Assembly: GCF_006345805.1 (NCBI RefSeq)
Contig: NC_043007.1
Span: 60,574,001 to 60,638,000 of the forward strand
Direction: 5' to 3'
DNA from: Octopus sinensis
Taxonomy: Eukaryota
Length of the DNA: 64,000 nt
In this document: positions 12,957-25,567 of the stretch, piece after piece
Layout: each line of letters opens with the position of its first letter
Numbering within the stretch: the stretch's first letter is position 1
Program-made: the position numbers and the translations under genes
The notes under the pieces: model-generated
Databases searched by the model: none
What the model was told of the DNA's origin: nothing
What the model saw: only the letters and a program-made list of their open reading frames with translations

Positions 12957-13429
12957 TAATTAATGTCCTTTCCATGAATGTAATACTGTACAAGTGACAG
13001 GATCAAAACCACCAATCTATGGATAGTTCTCTGGTATTTCTATTCATTTTACTATCTGTATTCCCAATGCATATTTCTGTTTTTGAAACTTGTATATGTC
13101 TTGATGTGGAATGAAACTCAGGAGAATATGTTCCAAATTCTTAGTAAAATTAGAACAATAGGTTTCTGAATCATTAGAAAGATACCTTGTTGCTTGATCT
13201 TGTTCTGTTGTGAGACTACAGTTTGTAGAAAATTAGTTAATTCCTCCTTGTAAGATAAATGGTATTTCCTGTTTAACTGCAAGTTCAGCAGAACTATTGG
13301 CTTCAGTGGAAGCTGAAGACCAATCATTGTCCAAAATGTTAGTAAACCGAAACTACATTTCCCATAGAACATTCAAGAGATGGCATGGCAAATTCAAACA
13401 GAGATGTGTACTGAGAAAAAGCTAGACCG

Positions 13430-13598
13430 CAACAATGCTCTCCTGCTGATACTCCCAGTTTGTCACCAACTGTTTGTGCCAGCTTACATGTTCATTACTT
13501 GGGACACTGTTTGTCATCTGAAATGTTTTATGTTTGAAAAATTGTTCATAAACTAATTTGTTTGTGATGAGAGGCATTTGTAAACTGAGGTTCCACTG
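13430..13598 (-). mobile_element. pogo/Tigger-like DNA transposon end fragment
   Basis: Minus strand starts TA|CAGTGGAACCTCAGTTTAC, a Tigger-type TIR; only one end is present. Confidence 0.55.
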
Positions 13599-13739
13599 TA
13601 TTGTCAAATTACATTAAGTTATTTTGAGTGGATGAGAAGGAGATGGTTATGGTGAATGTCAAGAGATTTTGGGGTTTTTCCCTTTTTTTTCTTCTAAGAT
13701 TATGAAATTTCATACAGAGACTGTGTCATCAATCTAAGG

Positions 13740-14030
13740 AAATCGGGGTTCTCATGCACACTAAATCATTTGATGGTTAGCAGGAGGATAAACTGGCTTG
13801 GGCAATCAGGTTGGATTCCTCCCAACATCCACACCAGTATCATCAGTAGTCTCCACTGGGTCCTAGGAAGAAAGGATGTCCTAGGAAGAAAGCAGTAATG
13901 AAAATGGATCTCATGGGTGATGGCAATGGCTGGGATGAGGTTTGGAGGCTTGACACTTGAAAGAAATGACAGGAAGGCTCTGGTAGCTCTATGTTCCTTG
14001 AGCACACAGTCCTAACTAACTAACTAAGGT
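13740..14030 (+). mobile_element. Degraded RTE-type LINE 3' fragment
   Basis: Remnants of W.P.GRR..GRP.K, DR..WKALV.ALCS and a (TAAC)n tail. A second RTE 3' remnant lies on the minus strand at ~14660-14880. Confidence 0.55.
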
Positions 14031-15709
14031 TAGTACCATCATCACCATCATAAATTTATATCTGTTTTCCCATGGGCTGGAGAAAGTAACAGAAGAGAAC
14101 TAGAGTGATAGGCATGAGTGGGTTATATAAAGGAAGAGAGAATGACAGACAGCTATACAATGATTGTTGGTAAGAATATTGAATACAAACAGAATAAGCT
14201 ACTTGACAGATAAGAGTAAGGGATAGTGAGAGACTGAATGACAGAAGAGGGAGTTCTAGAAGTGAGAGAGAGAAATGTCGACAATAAGTGCTGGAGGAAG
14301 AATCAAGTGAGAATTAGTGCTGGTTTGCAAAGAGGATGGGTGCTGGTAAAAGTTAGGGAGTGATGAGTGTCAGTAGTGAGTGATGACTGAGAGAGTATTA
14401 GGAGAGAAAAAGAGAGAAAGGGATGGCTAGCAATTAAGAAATGGGTGATGGTCAAGTGAGGATCACAAACAAACAGAGAGAGCCAATACACTACCATCCT
14501 TCATTATGCTGGTGCACTGTGGGAGAGATATAGGGCAATAGTAGGGAGGCACATTGGTTGAAGACAGGTGAGTGGGAGATGAAAAAAGTGACAAAGAGAA
14601 AGAGAAGGCTGAGTATGGAAATTTAATATGAACGTAATAGCTATTGATAAATATTGTACGTTGTAGATACTGTACACACCAATCTCCATTTTTCCATACT
14701 TGCATTGGTTAGACCAGTCCTTTCCAACTCAGCACTTTCTCAGAGTCTGTGGTCTTTTATCAACTTCAACTTCTTAGGATCAGTTTTCACCACTTTATCA
14801 TATGTCTTTTTGTACTCCCTCATCCATGGATTCTATTCACTTAGGAAATTCAGCACTTCTTAACACATCTGGCACCCTCCATATACTTATATACCTTGCA
14901 GTTCAGCCTTACACTGAACCTCACAAATATGATAATACTGAAAAAGATAAATTCAGAACTACATAGAAGGACTGTGTATTGGAAGTCTGTGTCTTCATAT
15001 TTTAGGTTTTACAATAATTATAATAACTAATTAAATCATAAATGTATTTAATGTTATTGACCTTGGTGCTGCAAGTTAGCAAAACATTTTAAGACCACAG
15101 CATCTTACTTCTGTATTCAGCAGTGAGCTGACTAGATTATTGAATGGTAAGTGTCGTTGCATATGTGGTTAACTTACTCAATACAACATTATTGATGAAC
15201 TATTGAACCTTCATGTTGTAGGCCAGCATTCTATGAACTCAGCCAGCTTTAAAGTTCATCTCAGAAAGATATCTTGGTTCATATAAACTGCTGTTGTTGT
15301 TATTATAAGAAACTAGGTCTTTACCCATCACTACACTGCTGGTAAAATATTTGTTAACCATGCACTACCTTCTTTTAATAGTTGATTGTTATATAGTGAA
15401 GTCTTGTTAGTTACTATTGGTGACAACACTCTGCCTATCTATCTTTTGCATGCACACGCACACACTCCCCCCTCTCTCTCTCTCAACAACAACAACCTGT
15501 TTTTTCTTGAAACAAATTTTAATTCTATCTTTCACATATACACACACAATTTCTCTCTCTCAAAAACAACAATAACCTGATGTTATAGTGAAAGTCTCTT
15601 TTTAAAGTCTTGTATTAAAAGACATACAGAAACACACGTACACAAGTAATAAAAAAAGTAACTATATCTTCTGGTATTAATAAAATAAAGTACCAGTTAA
15701 GCACTAAGG

Positions 15710-15744
<35 letters not shown>

Positions 15745-18667
15745 CTCTCCTCTCATGAAATTTGTGGCATCACACCTGTGTAAGAAACCACTGGCTGCAA
15801 TTCTCTTTACTCCTATATTTTCCTGCATGACATCAACTTAGAGATGTTCAAATTAAACATTAACGACATCAGTTGATCATTTCTTCTAAGTAAGACATGA
15901 AACAAAGAAAAAAAAAAGGTAATTGTCTTCAGATTTCTTGGAGTTTGGAGTGCCAAAAGTTGTCAGAAAACTAGCTTTATTGAATTTCCTCTTAAAGAAA
16001 ATCCAACTCCTACAATGTCACAAAATCACTTTTGTTCTATTTTATTTTCAGTTGGTTGTGGCATATTGTTTACATGTGAAGATGGATCTAACATTTGTAT
16101 CCAAAGTTAATTCATTGAAATTAAACTGAGCTCCTGCCTGTCTTCACTCAAGGTATACTGCATTAATCTCAATACTGGCATTTATGTCAAAATACTTTAC
16201 TGCCACTTTTCTTTCTGTCATTTCATTTGCTTCAAGATTTGGTTTGTTTGTTTTTTTTCGGCATCTTTCCTTTTCTCTTATTCTCTATTTCATTTTTTTA
16301 GAGTTCCCTTTTACTTAACCTATAATTTTCAACTTTTTTTTTCAATACTTAACTCTCACTTCCCTCTAAGTACTTCATTCATTTCTAACTTTTGTGTGTG
16401 TGTGTGTGTCTGTCTGTCTGTCCATCCCCATTCCTCCATCTATCTATCTAACTGTCCATTTGTCAGTGCCTGCATGCAGGCATGGCTATATGGTTAAGAG
16501 GTTCACTTCACAAACATGTGGTTCTAGATTCAATACCACTGCACAGAACCTTAAGCATGTCTACTATAGCCTTAAGTTGACTAATACCTTGTCAATGAAA
16601 TTTGGTAGATGAAAGCTACAGAATCTTATATTCACTTGGTTGATATCCATTTCTTTTTTAATACGAGCATGGGTTTGGATGGGAACATGTCTGAAATAGG
16701 ATTTTATGGCCAGATGCTTTTTCTGCCTCCAACTTTCACCTGTTTTTTCAAGTTAGGTTTTTTTTTTATATTCTATCTGTCTTCAAAAGTGCAAAGCAGC
16801 CTGTCATTTTATCAACCGGGATTGCATATCATTCACTTTTTAATCATGGGACCTCATGTACATATACATACATGTATGTCATTATTTAGTTTTATTTCAA
16901 GATTTCATGTCAATAGAGAAAGAGCCAGTTTCTAACCTAGATCCAAAGCTCTTTCACTGGAATTTCAACATCATTAACAAAGTATTTTTCCATGTATGTT
17001 TGAATATGTGCAATATTTGGAGTCAGTGCATATGCAGATTTGTATGTTTTGTTTTATGTATGTATTCTCATGCATGTGGTTTGCATATCTAGACATGCAC
17101 ATATATACTTAAATGATAAATTTTACAAATGTAGTGATGGTTTGTGTCTGTTGTCTTCAAATCAGCTTTCTCCTTTCTGGTTTTGAGAAGCCTAATTTCT
17201 CAAGATTAGTACTTAAACAGTGTGTTATATATCCCAGTGCCCCTATAATTACAGGTATAAACTTGAATTTGTAATCTGGGTGGAGTTACTGTAGATCTCT
17301 CAATAGTTCAACTTAGATATTTTATTTTTCATTGATTGTAGCTTTATGTTAACATTCACTGGGCAGTTGATTTCTACTACTGTACATAGTTTCTCTTTGT
17401 CACAAGTCACTATGTTGTCAGCTCTATTATGTTTACATTTTATTGTGGTTTTCACTGAGACATATGTATGTATGTATACAGCTGTGGGTATATGTATGTA
17501 TATATGTCTACACACACACACACACACACACACACAAATGCATGTAACTGGCTTCCTACAGTTTCTGTCAACCAAATTCATTCACTAAGCCTTGCTCAGC
17601 CTGGGTATTGAAGGAGACAACTAACCAAAACTTCTTGGTTGTGAAGTGAACTACATAACTACCAGCCATGATTGCCCATGCATAATACATATCACAAGAA
17701 GCAAACTATGATGGGGAAGGAAACTCTGTTTTAAGTAGTGCCTTTCTCCTAAACAAATAATGACATAGAACACTGCTGCAAATCTTCACATCCAAATATC
17801 CCACTTCATGGATTAGTTTGGTATTGACTTTATTGTTATATACCATCGTTAGTGATTGTTTGAAATCTTGTAATTAGGACTGATTGGATATTTTTGATTT
17901 TAATGTTAACAGTTTTTAAACTGTCATTTCAGCAAAAACCTCAACTTGACAGAAATCCCTTGAAAACAAGAAATTTCAGATAGACAACTCTTTGAATTGA
18001 GAATCTTTGAGTGTACTTGATGCTGTGACCTGGGCCACACTTGTGTCTAAGGATTCTAATGCCGATGATTCTAATGCCGATGAATCAGTCAAACCTGATA
18101 CAAAAGTGTTGTTCATTTTTGTCTTGGTTCCTGAAGATTTATTAATCCAGTCAACTCTCTCTCTCTCTCTCTCTGTTGTTTTCTTGGGAATTAATGCTCC
18201 CCAAAACAATTATTTTGTTTTTAAATATAAATAAACTCTATTCAAATTCAGGTATCAGTTTGTCTGGATTTTCATTGAATTTTATTATCATTAATTGCAG
18301 AGAGTAAAGATTGAAAGAGAAGATGAGTAGGTGGAAGGCATGTCTGATATGAAGGTAAACATCAGAAAGATGAAGATGGTGACTGTGGTGTGAATGATGA
18401 AAGAGGACAACAGAAAAAGGGAGAATGAAATACAATCAGGCCTTACCTCGGCGAAGATTAGTTCGGATCTTTCTCAGCTAGCTCGATACGTCTGGTGCCT
18501 TCGTCGTCTCAACAGCAACTCCTCGATCCCACACGTACGTCCTCACTGCCGCTTCCGCTTCCTGCTGCACATGCGCCTTGCAAGCCCTACTTCCGCCCTC
18601 CCCTATCTGTCATCCTCTCACCAACACCACACGCCCCCCTGATCTACAGATCACTGAACCGGCTTTC

Positions 18668-21514
18668 TCACTCGCTCCCCGCTCCCGCACCTGAACTGGT
18701 TTCATAATCAGCCAACCAGGGAGGAGGGTGCCGTTTCCTCTGTGGTCGCAGTGCGACCCTAGGACTTGTTCCTGGTGTGTTGCTGCTAGCCTCGTCATCC
18801 TGTCTACTGGTGTTGTTTTCGTCTTGCCCACTGCTGCTGGTCCCATCCTCTGGGGCATGGACCATCCTCTGTATATCCAAAACGTGGCGTGGCATACCAT
18901 CAACCGAGATGTTATTTTTTGAATTTACAGAGGTTATTGTCCCCTTTCCCCATTGTGATGTACACCGTGCATTTGGGGGTTTTACCCAGACTTCCTCCCC
19001 GACCTGCACGAAGGCATGCTCTTCCTCTGCCCCGGGTCGCATTGATGTAGTACACGGATGCCTCCACTCGTACCTGAATATTGCCCTGTGTGACACCAAC
19101 TCCTCAGCATGTCCTGATCTGGGCGACATATTGTACCAAAACACGGCCTCGATTGGTGAAATTTGACCCCTCTCTGCCATGGCCTTGATGGTACGATGAT
19201 GCCTTTCCACCACCCCATTTCCACTTGGCCGGTATGCCGCCCTGAAGAAGCGGTTGACCTTCCACTCATCAAGCATTTCTTTCAGCACATCCGAGCAAAA
19301 TGCAGTGCCATTGTCCAGAAGCAGTTCATCCACGGGGCCTCGTTCCAGGAATATCTCATTCAACACTTTCACAATTTCCTCTGCGGTCCCCGACTTCATC
19401 TCCCTCCATATGGCCAACTGCCCCGGTCCGCAGTCAACCATTGAGAGGTATGTCCCCTGCCGGTAGTGTGTTATGTCCACCGCCAGTCGTTTCCAGTCCT
19501 GGTCCACTGGAATACTTCCCGCTTCATGCACGACCAGAGCAGGGTCGATGGACTGGCACCTGTCACCACTGCTAACCACTCTCTGCACGCTCTGTCTTGT
19601 TACGTCGGAGTCAAGTTTTCTGGCTAGGAACAATGTCCTGTCCACACCCATGTGATACATGGTGTGCAGTCTTCGCAACTCCGAGTCGCTCAGATGGCAT
19701 ACTGCAGCTACAGCCTGCTTTGCATCCTCTGGCACCTGCAACCAGGCTCGCTTTACCCTGGTCAGGACGTCTGCCCTGTTCTTCTCGGAAGGCACAAAGA
19801 TCACGCTCAGCTTCAGATTGAACTCAGTGGTTAGTTCACGCAGTATTCCCAATCGACGCTTTACCAGCATCTCTGCAGCCCCTTTGGTCCGCACCCTCCG
19901 CTCATCGGTGATGACTGCTGTTGCCCAACCAAGTACAGTGGCCGAATCAGTCCTGATTTCTATGGTGTGCAACCCCCACTTCAAGGCTAGGTTCACCCCA
20001 CTTCAACATGGCATCCAACTCCGCCACGTTGATATGATTGCAGTCATCTGTCTTCCTGAGCCAGGCTGCATCTTCCACCGTGACACCTCCCACTCTAAGA
20101 CAACCCCTATTGCGATGCTACTAGCGTCACACCATACGATCTCGCTCTTTGATTTGGGAACATACCAGCTGCCCCTCACTGGGTCCTCTGCTCCTACTCT
20201 GACCAAGACTTCCTGCATCATGTCGATCGTCCTCTCCCCCACTCTATCATTCCACTTCACTCCTTCGGGTCGTCTCTTGATGAAGCTACATGCTGTTCGG
20301 AGCCAACCTGCAATCGGGTAATGTCCCACCAGCTTCCCACACACAGAGAACAGTTCCCGTCTACTCATGCTGGCGCCCAGCTCAGGGACCTCATTCCCTC
20401 GCCGGAACACCAACGCGCCAGCCTTGTCTCTCCATAGCTTGAGGCCCAGTGCGGCACCTCCCTCCATTGCCTCTGGCGGCTTGGCGATTAGTCCAAAACT
20501 CTTCAGGTGGCCTATGACCTCCGTTGCTGGTATCACGGTTTCATCCACCAGAATGTCATCGATGTATGAATTGGTGGCCCTTTTTACTCTGTCCACCTTC
20601 CCCAGGTGGGCCTTGAGAATTGTTGCCATAATCTTTGGCGCTGAATTCAGCCCGAATCACCACCTGGTCAGACAGTACGTCCGGCCCTTATAGCTGACGA
20701 GCTGGTACTTCCATAATTTCTCAGCCACATGCACCTGTAGGTATGCCGACTTCAAATCAACAATCGTGGAGGCCCCCATCGTCTGCCTCCACTTTCGCAA
20801 GGTGTCTCCGCAGACATCCGTGGCCTCGCCGCCCGTATGACACGACACGTGGTCATTCAGCTCTCGGAAGTCAAGCACTGGCCTGACCTTATGCTTTGTG
20901 GGCTGTATCACTGCCATCAGTGGCAGGACTCCGCTCTCTTCTTTTTCCCAAGGGATCAATATGGCCTCCTTAATCCACCGCTCCACCTCCCCCTCGAACT
21001 CACTTCTGGCATCTCCTTTTTGAGAATGCTGATAGCAGCCCACTTTATTCTTTAACATCAGGGGCTCTCCCTTCCAGTGCCACTTCACTGTCCACCTCTT
21101 GCCATCAAAGACAGCCCGAAAATTCTGGTCTTCAATGGTGTGTGCCGCATCCTTTTCCTCATGGTTGTCACCGGTGCACGGTCTCGCCCTACACAGTTTC
21201 CCTGCTAACCCAAATGTTACACCAGCCTCGTTAACGGTGACACCTCCCAAGCAGGTGATTGCATCCATCCCCATCACCACGTCAATCTCGTCCACCAAGT
21301 GACCAACCACAATCACTCGCAATGTCAGCTGTAGTGCCTGCACTACAATCTGCGCATCTGTAACCCCTTCGCAGTGTACTTCTCTTCTGTCGACAGCCCT
21401 AACACTGCTTCCTCCACTCCACGTCTCTGCCACTTCTGTAGTCATCAGGGTCGTTGTACAGCCCGTGTCCACCAGGGCTCGCGACATCTTCCCCTCCACC
21501 AGAATGTCGATCAC
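18668..21514 (-). pseudogene. Gypsy pol (protease, RT, RNase H, integrase) with frameshifts
   Basis: ALVDTGCT (protease); LDFRELN, DLKSAYLQ and YIDDILV (RT); WCDASS and RTDSATV (RNase H); HMGVDRT, VDITHY, DNGTAF and NGVVERHHRTIK (integrase). ORFs 20657-21514, 20003-20629 and 18668-19996. Confidence 0.95.
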
Positions 21515-21537
21515 AGGTAGCGATGATAAACACGCCG

Positions 21538-22282
21538 CTACTGATCCAAAGGGACAACTACCGGCGCACTAGTCTCCCGCAGTCCGTTTCCCCACAGACT
21601 CTCGCTGGCTACATGCCCCGGCTCTCGACACCGGTAGCAAATCACCTCAGGCTTGGGCGACACGCAGTCACGCACCATGTGTGGACCTTGGCACCAGAAA
21701 CACTGTCCTTTGAACGGTCGCACACGTTCTTTCTTTAGCCCCTCTCCGCTGCTCCTAGGTGGGCCACTTTTCGATGTTGCAGTCGCTGCTACCGACGTCA
21801 TCCTGCTGCACGAAACTAGTACACGTGCCCGAGATATGATGTCAGCCATCGGCATCGAATGCATGTTCGGAGCTTCTGTAGCTCGACCGACATGATGTCG
21901 GGAAAACCGGTCACGAACTCCAACCTAACCGTCCGTTCCAGCGACTCTCCCTCGTAATCCGCCAATTTAGCCAGTCTTCTAAGCTCATTGGCAAACACGT
22001 CCACCTGTTGCCCAGTCCATCTCATTCTACCTCGAACATTCCCTCCGCAAAGGCCTCCATCAACCGGATTTCTACTTTCTCCGCGCTAAGTTGGTCCGTC
22101 TCCTTCATCTCTAAATATAACGCCAACGCCGGGCCATCCAAGTACAGCAGCATGAAGCTCGCCAGGTCACCTATACCATGGAGCTTCGCCACCAACTTCA
22201 CTCTCTTCAACCAAGCGACCACATCTGTGTCGCCGCAAAACGGTGTTATAAGTTCGTGTGAAACCCGAGCACTCTGCATCAT
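21538..22282 (-). pseudogene. Gypsy gag with two zinc knuckles, frameshifted
   Basis: ORFs 22022-22282, 21816-22025 and 21538-21864; CFWCQGPHMVRDC and CYRCREPGHVAS knuckles. Confidence 0.9.
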
Positions 22283-22311
22283 TTTTCATTTATAAAACCG
22301 ATTGTGTATAT

Positions 22312-22323
22312 GCCGAAATAGCT
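22312..22323 (-). promoter_or_regulatory. Putative primer-binding site complementary to tRNA-Phe(GAA) nt 1-12
   Basis: Plus strand GCCGAAATAGCT directly abuts the 5' LTR and equals the 5' end of vertebrate/insect tRNA-Phe (GCCGAAATAGCTCAG...). No TGG-type PBS is present. Confidence 0.7.
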
Positions 22324-23019
22324 TGTGGTGTGAACGATGAAAGAGGACAACAGAAAAAGGGAGAATGAAATACAATCAGGCCTTGCCTCGGCAAAGATTA
22401 GTTCGGATCTTTCTCGGCTAGCTCGATATGTCTGGTGCCTTCATCGTCTCAACAACAACTCCTCGATCCCACACGTGCGTCCTCACTGCCGCTTCCGCTT
22501 CCTGCCGCGCATGCGCCCTGCAAGCCCTACTTCCGCCCTCCCCTATCTGTCATCCTCTCACCAACACCACAGTGACCAATGGTAAATCATGTGGGTAAAG
22601 TTAGCATGTGTAGTTACAGGAATAATGTTGGAGAAAACACTATTACATGTATAATACGTATTGGGTGGGTTCATTGAAAATGTATTGGTGTGAGAGAGTT
22701 TTTAACTGATGTGATAACTACATTTACATATAAGGTATATGGACTCAGTGATAGTAACTAGAATGAGATAGATGTGGAAGAAGTTTTAGGAACTGGGTAT
22801 ATACTAATGGGGAAGGAAATGTCACTTAATTTGAAGAGAAGGGCTATGTTGCATATGTGAGAGGAGCTGTGATATATAGGAATAAATAATAATAATGAAA
22901 TTATTGTATACAGTGCTCAGGTGCACCACAACTTGTCAGAAAGTGCATATAAAGTACATGCAGTAATGTAGAAATGTCTGGAAAGTGAACATGCTTGTGT
23001 GTGTATGGAGGGGAGAAAA

Positions 23020-25505
23020 TCAAGTGTAGTGTTGGCGAATCTCAGGAAGCATGGAAGTCTTGAAGGATGCAGTGCTCTGACAACTAACAACCGATGCCGG
23101 CAGTTTGTTCCACGCTTCAGCAACTCTCAGCGTGAAAAAATGTTTCCTGAAGTCATGGGAGCTGTGCTGTTTTCTTACTTTGTAAATATGTCCACGGGTG
23201 TTAGATGGGTGGAGTTTGAAGAGGTGCTCAGTGTTATTGTTTGTGCGATGGTTGATAATTTTGTGGGTGTCTGCCAGGTCAGCTGCCAGACGTCGGAGTT
23301 TCAATGTGTCCATGCCCAGGGAAGTAAGGCGTTCAGGATATGGCAAATGCCTGATGGAGGGTATTCTTTTGGTTGCACGTCGCTGAACAGCTTCCAGACG
23401 ATTGATGTCCTGGGCAAGATAGGGGTTCCAGACCGGTGATGCAAATTCCAGGTGAGGTCTTACCAGCTTGAGTTGCCAGTCCATGATCCTCTGCTGCATT
23501 GTGTCCAGGTCTGCTTGCAATAGAGATCCATAGTGTATAAGTACAGCTTGATGTCATCTGCATATTTCAGCACTGTGGCATTCTTTAAGTTGGCATCTAT
23601 GTCATTAACATATGCAACAAATAAAAGGGGGCCAAGAACAGATCCCTGCGGCACACCAGATGTTATCTCATAGGGCGAAGAGTGCTGTCCTAGAACTGTG
23701 ACAACCTCTTTTCGGCCGAAAATAAAGGACTTTAACCAGTTATAGAGTTCGTCTCTTACACCCAACGCAGAAAGCTTCACCATAAGTCTTTTGTGTGGCA
23801 CAGAGTTAAAAGCCTTAGCAAAGTCCAGGTAAACAACATCCACCCAGGATCCGCGATCAGTGATTTGGGTAACATCCTCAAGAAACTCGATGAGTTGATT
23901 ACAGCAGCTGGAGTTAGGAATAAATCCGAATTGTGACGGCTGGATGAGGCTGTGAGACTTCCAGAAGTTCCAGAGGATTTCTCTGATACAGGATTCCATC
24001 AGTTTGGCGATGCAGCTGGTAAGACTGACGGGGCGATAGTTGACAGGTGATGTGCGGTCGCCTTTTTTGAACAGAGGGATGACACTGGCAGTTTTCCACT
24101 GTTCTGGAGTAACACCGTTGTCAAGACAGAATTGGATGAATAAAGAAAGTTGGCTTAGAAGAAAGTACCCACTGCGTTTGAGAAGTAGGTATGTAACACC
24201 ATCGAGACCAGGAGAGGCATAATTGCGTTTATTCTTTAGGTGGCGTTGCAGCATTGCTGGTGTAAATTGCATAGAAGATATAGAGTCCGATGTCAGTGGT
24301 GATGATGATGGAACATTTTGGTCTTCAACAGTAAAGATGCCGGCATAGCATCCAGCAATGATTTCTGCACATTCTTCGGGATTGCCAGTAATCTGTCCTG
24401 TGTGGGGATTGCGAAGGGGACCAACAGGAGAGTGGGGTCTCTGCTTTGAGTGCACATACTTCCAGAACCCTTTGCTGTCAGGGTTAGCTGCAATGCGTTG
24501 TTCAAATTCAAGCACTGCCTTTTTTGTCACCTGCTTGAGGTGGTTGGCTGACCTATTGCGCTTTTTCCTGTTGCTCTCTGATTTGTGCAATTTGTATTCC
24601 CATTCAGCATTACGGCGTTCTTTCCTGGCAAGTCGGACTGCTGCAGTCTCCCAAATTGCACTATTGGGTGGTTTTTTGTGCTTGTGTGGTACTGATGCTG
24701 CACATGCTGCCCATATTGAATTCAGAATGTTCTGGAGTATAGTGTCCACATCTCCAGAGGCATAAAATTCGCGCCAGTTCGGGCGTTGCAGCTCAGTACA
24801 ATAAGAGCTCCAGTTTGCTTTATTCCAGTCAAAGCGGGCAATCTGAAGATGGTTGTGTTTTTTGTTACAACCAATCAGAGACAAGTCGGCCATGATCATG
24901 GAATGATCAGAGTCACCCAAAGGTTCTTCGGTAGCGACACTAATGATTGTTTCAGGAGAAGCGGTAAGTAGCAGATCCAAAGTGTTGTTACCCCTTGTGG
25001 GGGAGGTAACAACTTGGGACCAATTCGAATTCAGCACCAGTTCAAGGAAATCGTCTGCACTTTGCGGCCAACGGAAGGCCTCCCAGTCAATCTCAGGGAA
25101 ATTGAAGTCCCCCGCAACATACACATATGTGGCTGTTTTCATGGCAGCCACCCTGAGGATATCAAAAAGCCGTGCGTCTTGGCGATAATTTGGAGGACGG
25201 TAAACGACTCCGAGCAGAAGTGTTGACATGGTCATGTGTACATTGCAGAAAAATACCTCCTGCTGAGATTGGTTCAAATCATCACAGGGGATTGCCGATA
25301 GACTTGATCGAACATAAATCATCACACCCCCTCCACGGCGATTAATGCGGTCTTTGCGGAACAGGTTGTAGCTGGCTATGCTGAAAACTCCATCACAGAG
25401 TGCAGAGTGTGCCCACGTTTCCGTGACTGTGATGAAATCTGGGTTGATACTTTTGACGTAGGAGACAAAAAGATGCACCTTGTTACATAAACTACGGGCA
25501 TTCAA
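23020..25505 (-). pseudogene. LINE ORF2: apurinic endonuclease plus reverse transcriptase
   Basis: NARSL, ITVTETW, GVVYRPP, GDFNFP, LDLLL, SDH (APE); YRPVSLTS, YLDFAKAFNSV, GVPQGSVLGPLLF, YADDIKLY (RT). Frameshift after YADD; C-terminus LVRPHLEFASPVWNPY in ORF 23020-23520. Confidence 0.93.
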
Positions 25506-25567
25506 GGACAGCAGTTTATATCTGGATTTCAGATGATGATATACAGGGGATGGCTGATTGTTCTTGG

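Larger units (their letters stand above)
18384..22571 (-). mobile_element. Full-length Gypsy/Ty3 LTR retrotransposon (4188 bp), decayed
   Basis: 248-bp LTRs TG...CA at 18384-18631 and 22324-22571; 5-bp TSD GTGAC on both sides; gag-PR-RT-RH-IN order on the minus strand; PPT AGGGGGG at 18634-18640. Confidence 0.97.

Noticed and set aside
13118-13372. Minus-strand 84-aa ORF as a gene
   Set aside because: No consistent splice signals in an open frame and no recognisable domain.
18394-18642. 82-aa ORF repeated in both LTRs
   Set aside because: Antisense to the element, no homology recognised; its duplication is explained by the LTRs.
19659-20321. 220-aa plus-strand ORF and other antisense ORFs in the Gypsy and LINE bodies
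   Set aside because: Antisense shadows of GC-rich pol/ORF2 with no recognisable motifs.
22324-22571. Tf1-like self-priming of the Gypsy element
   Set aside because: The best in-LTR complement to the 12-nt leader that I could find is only ~5 nt (GCCGA); the tRNA-Phe match is 12/12.
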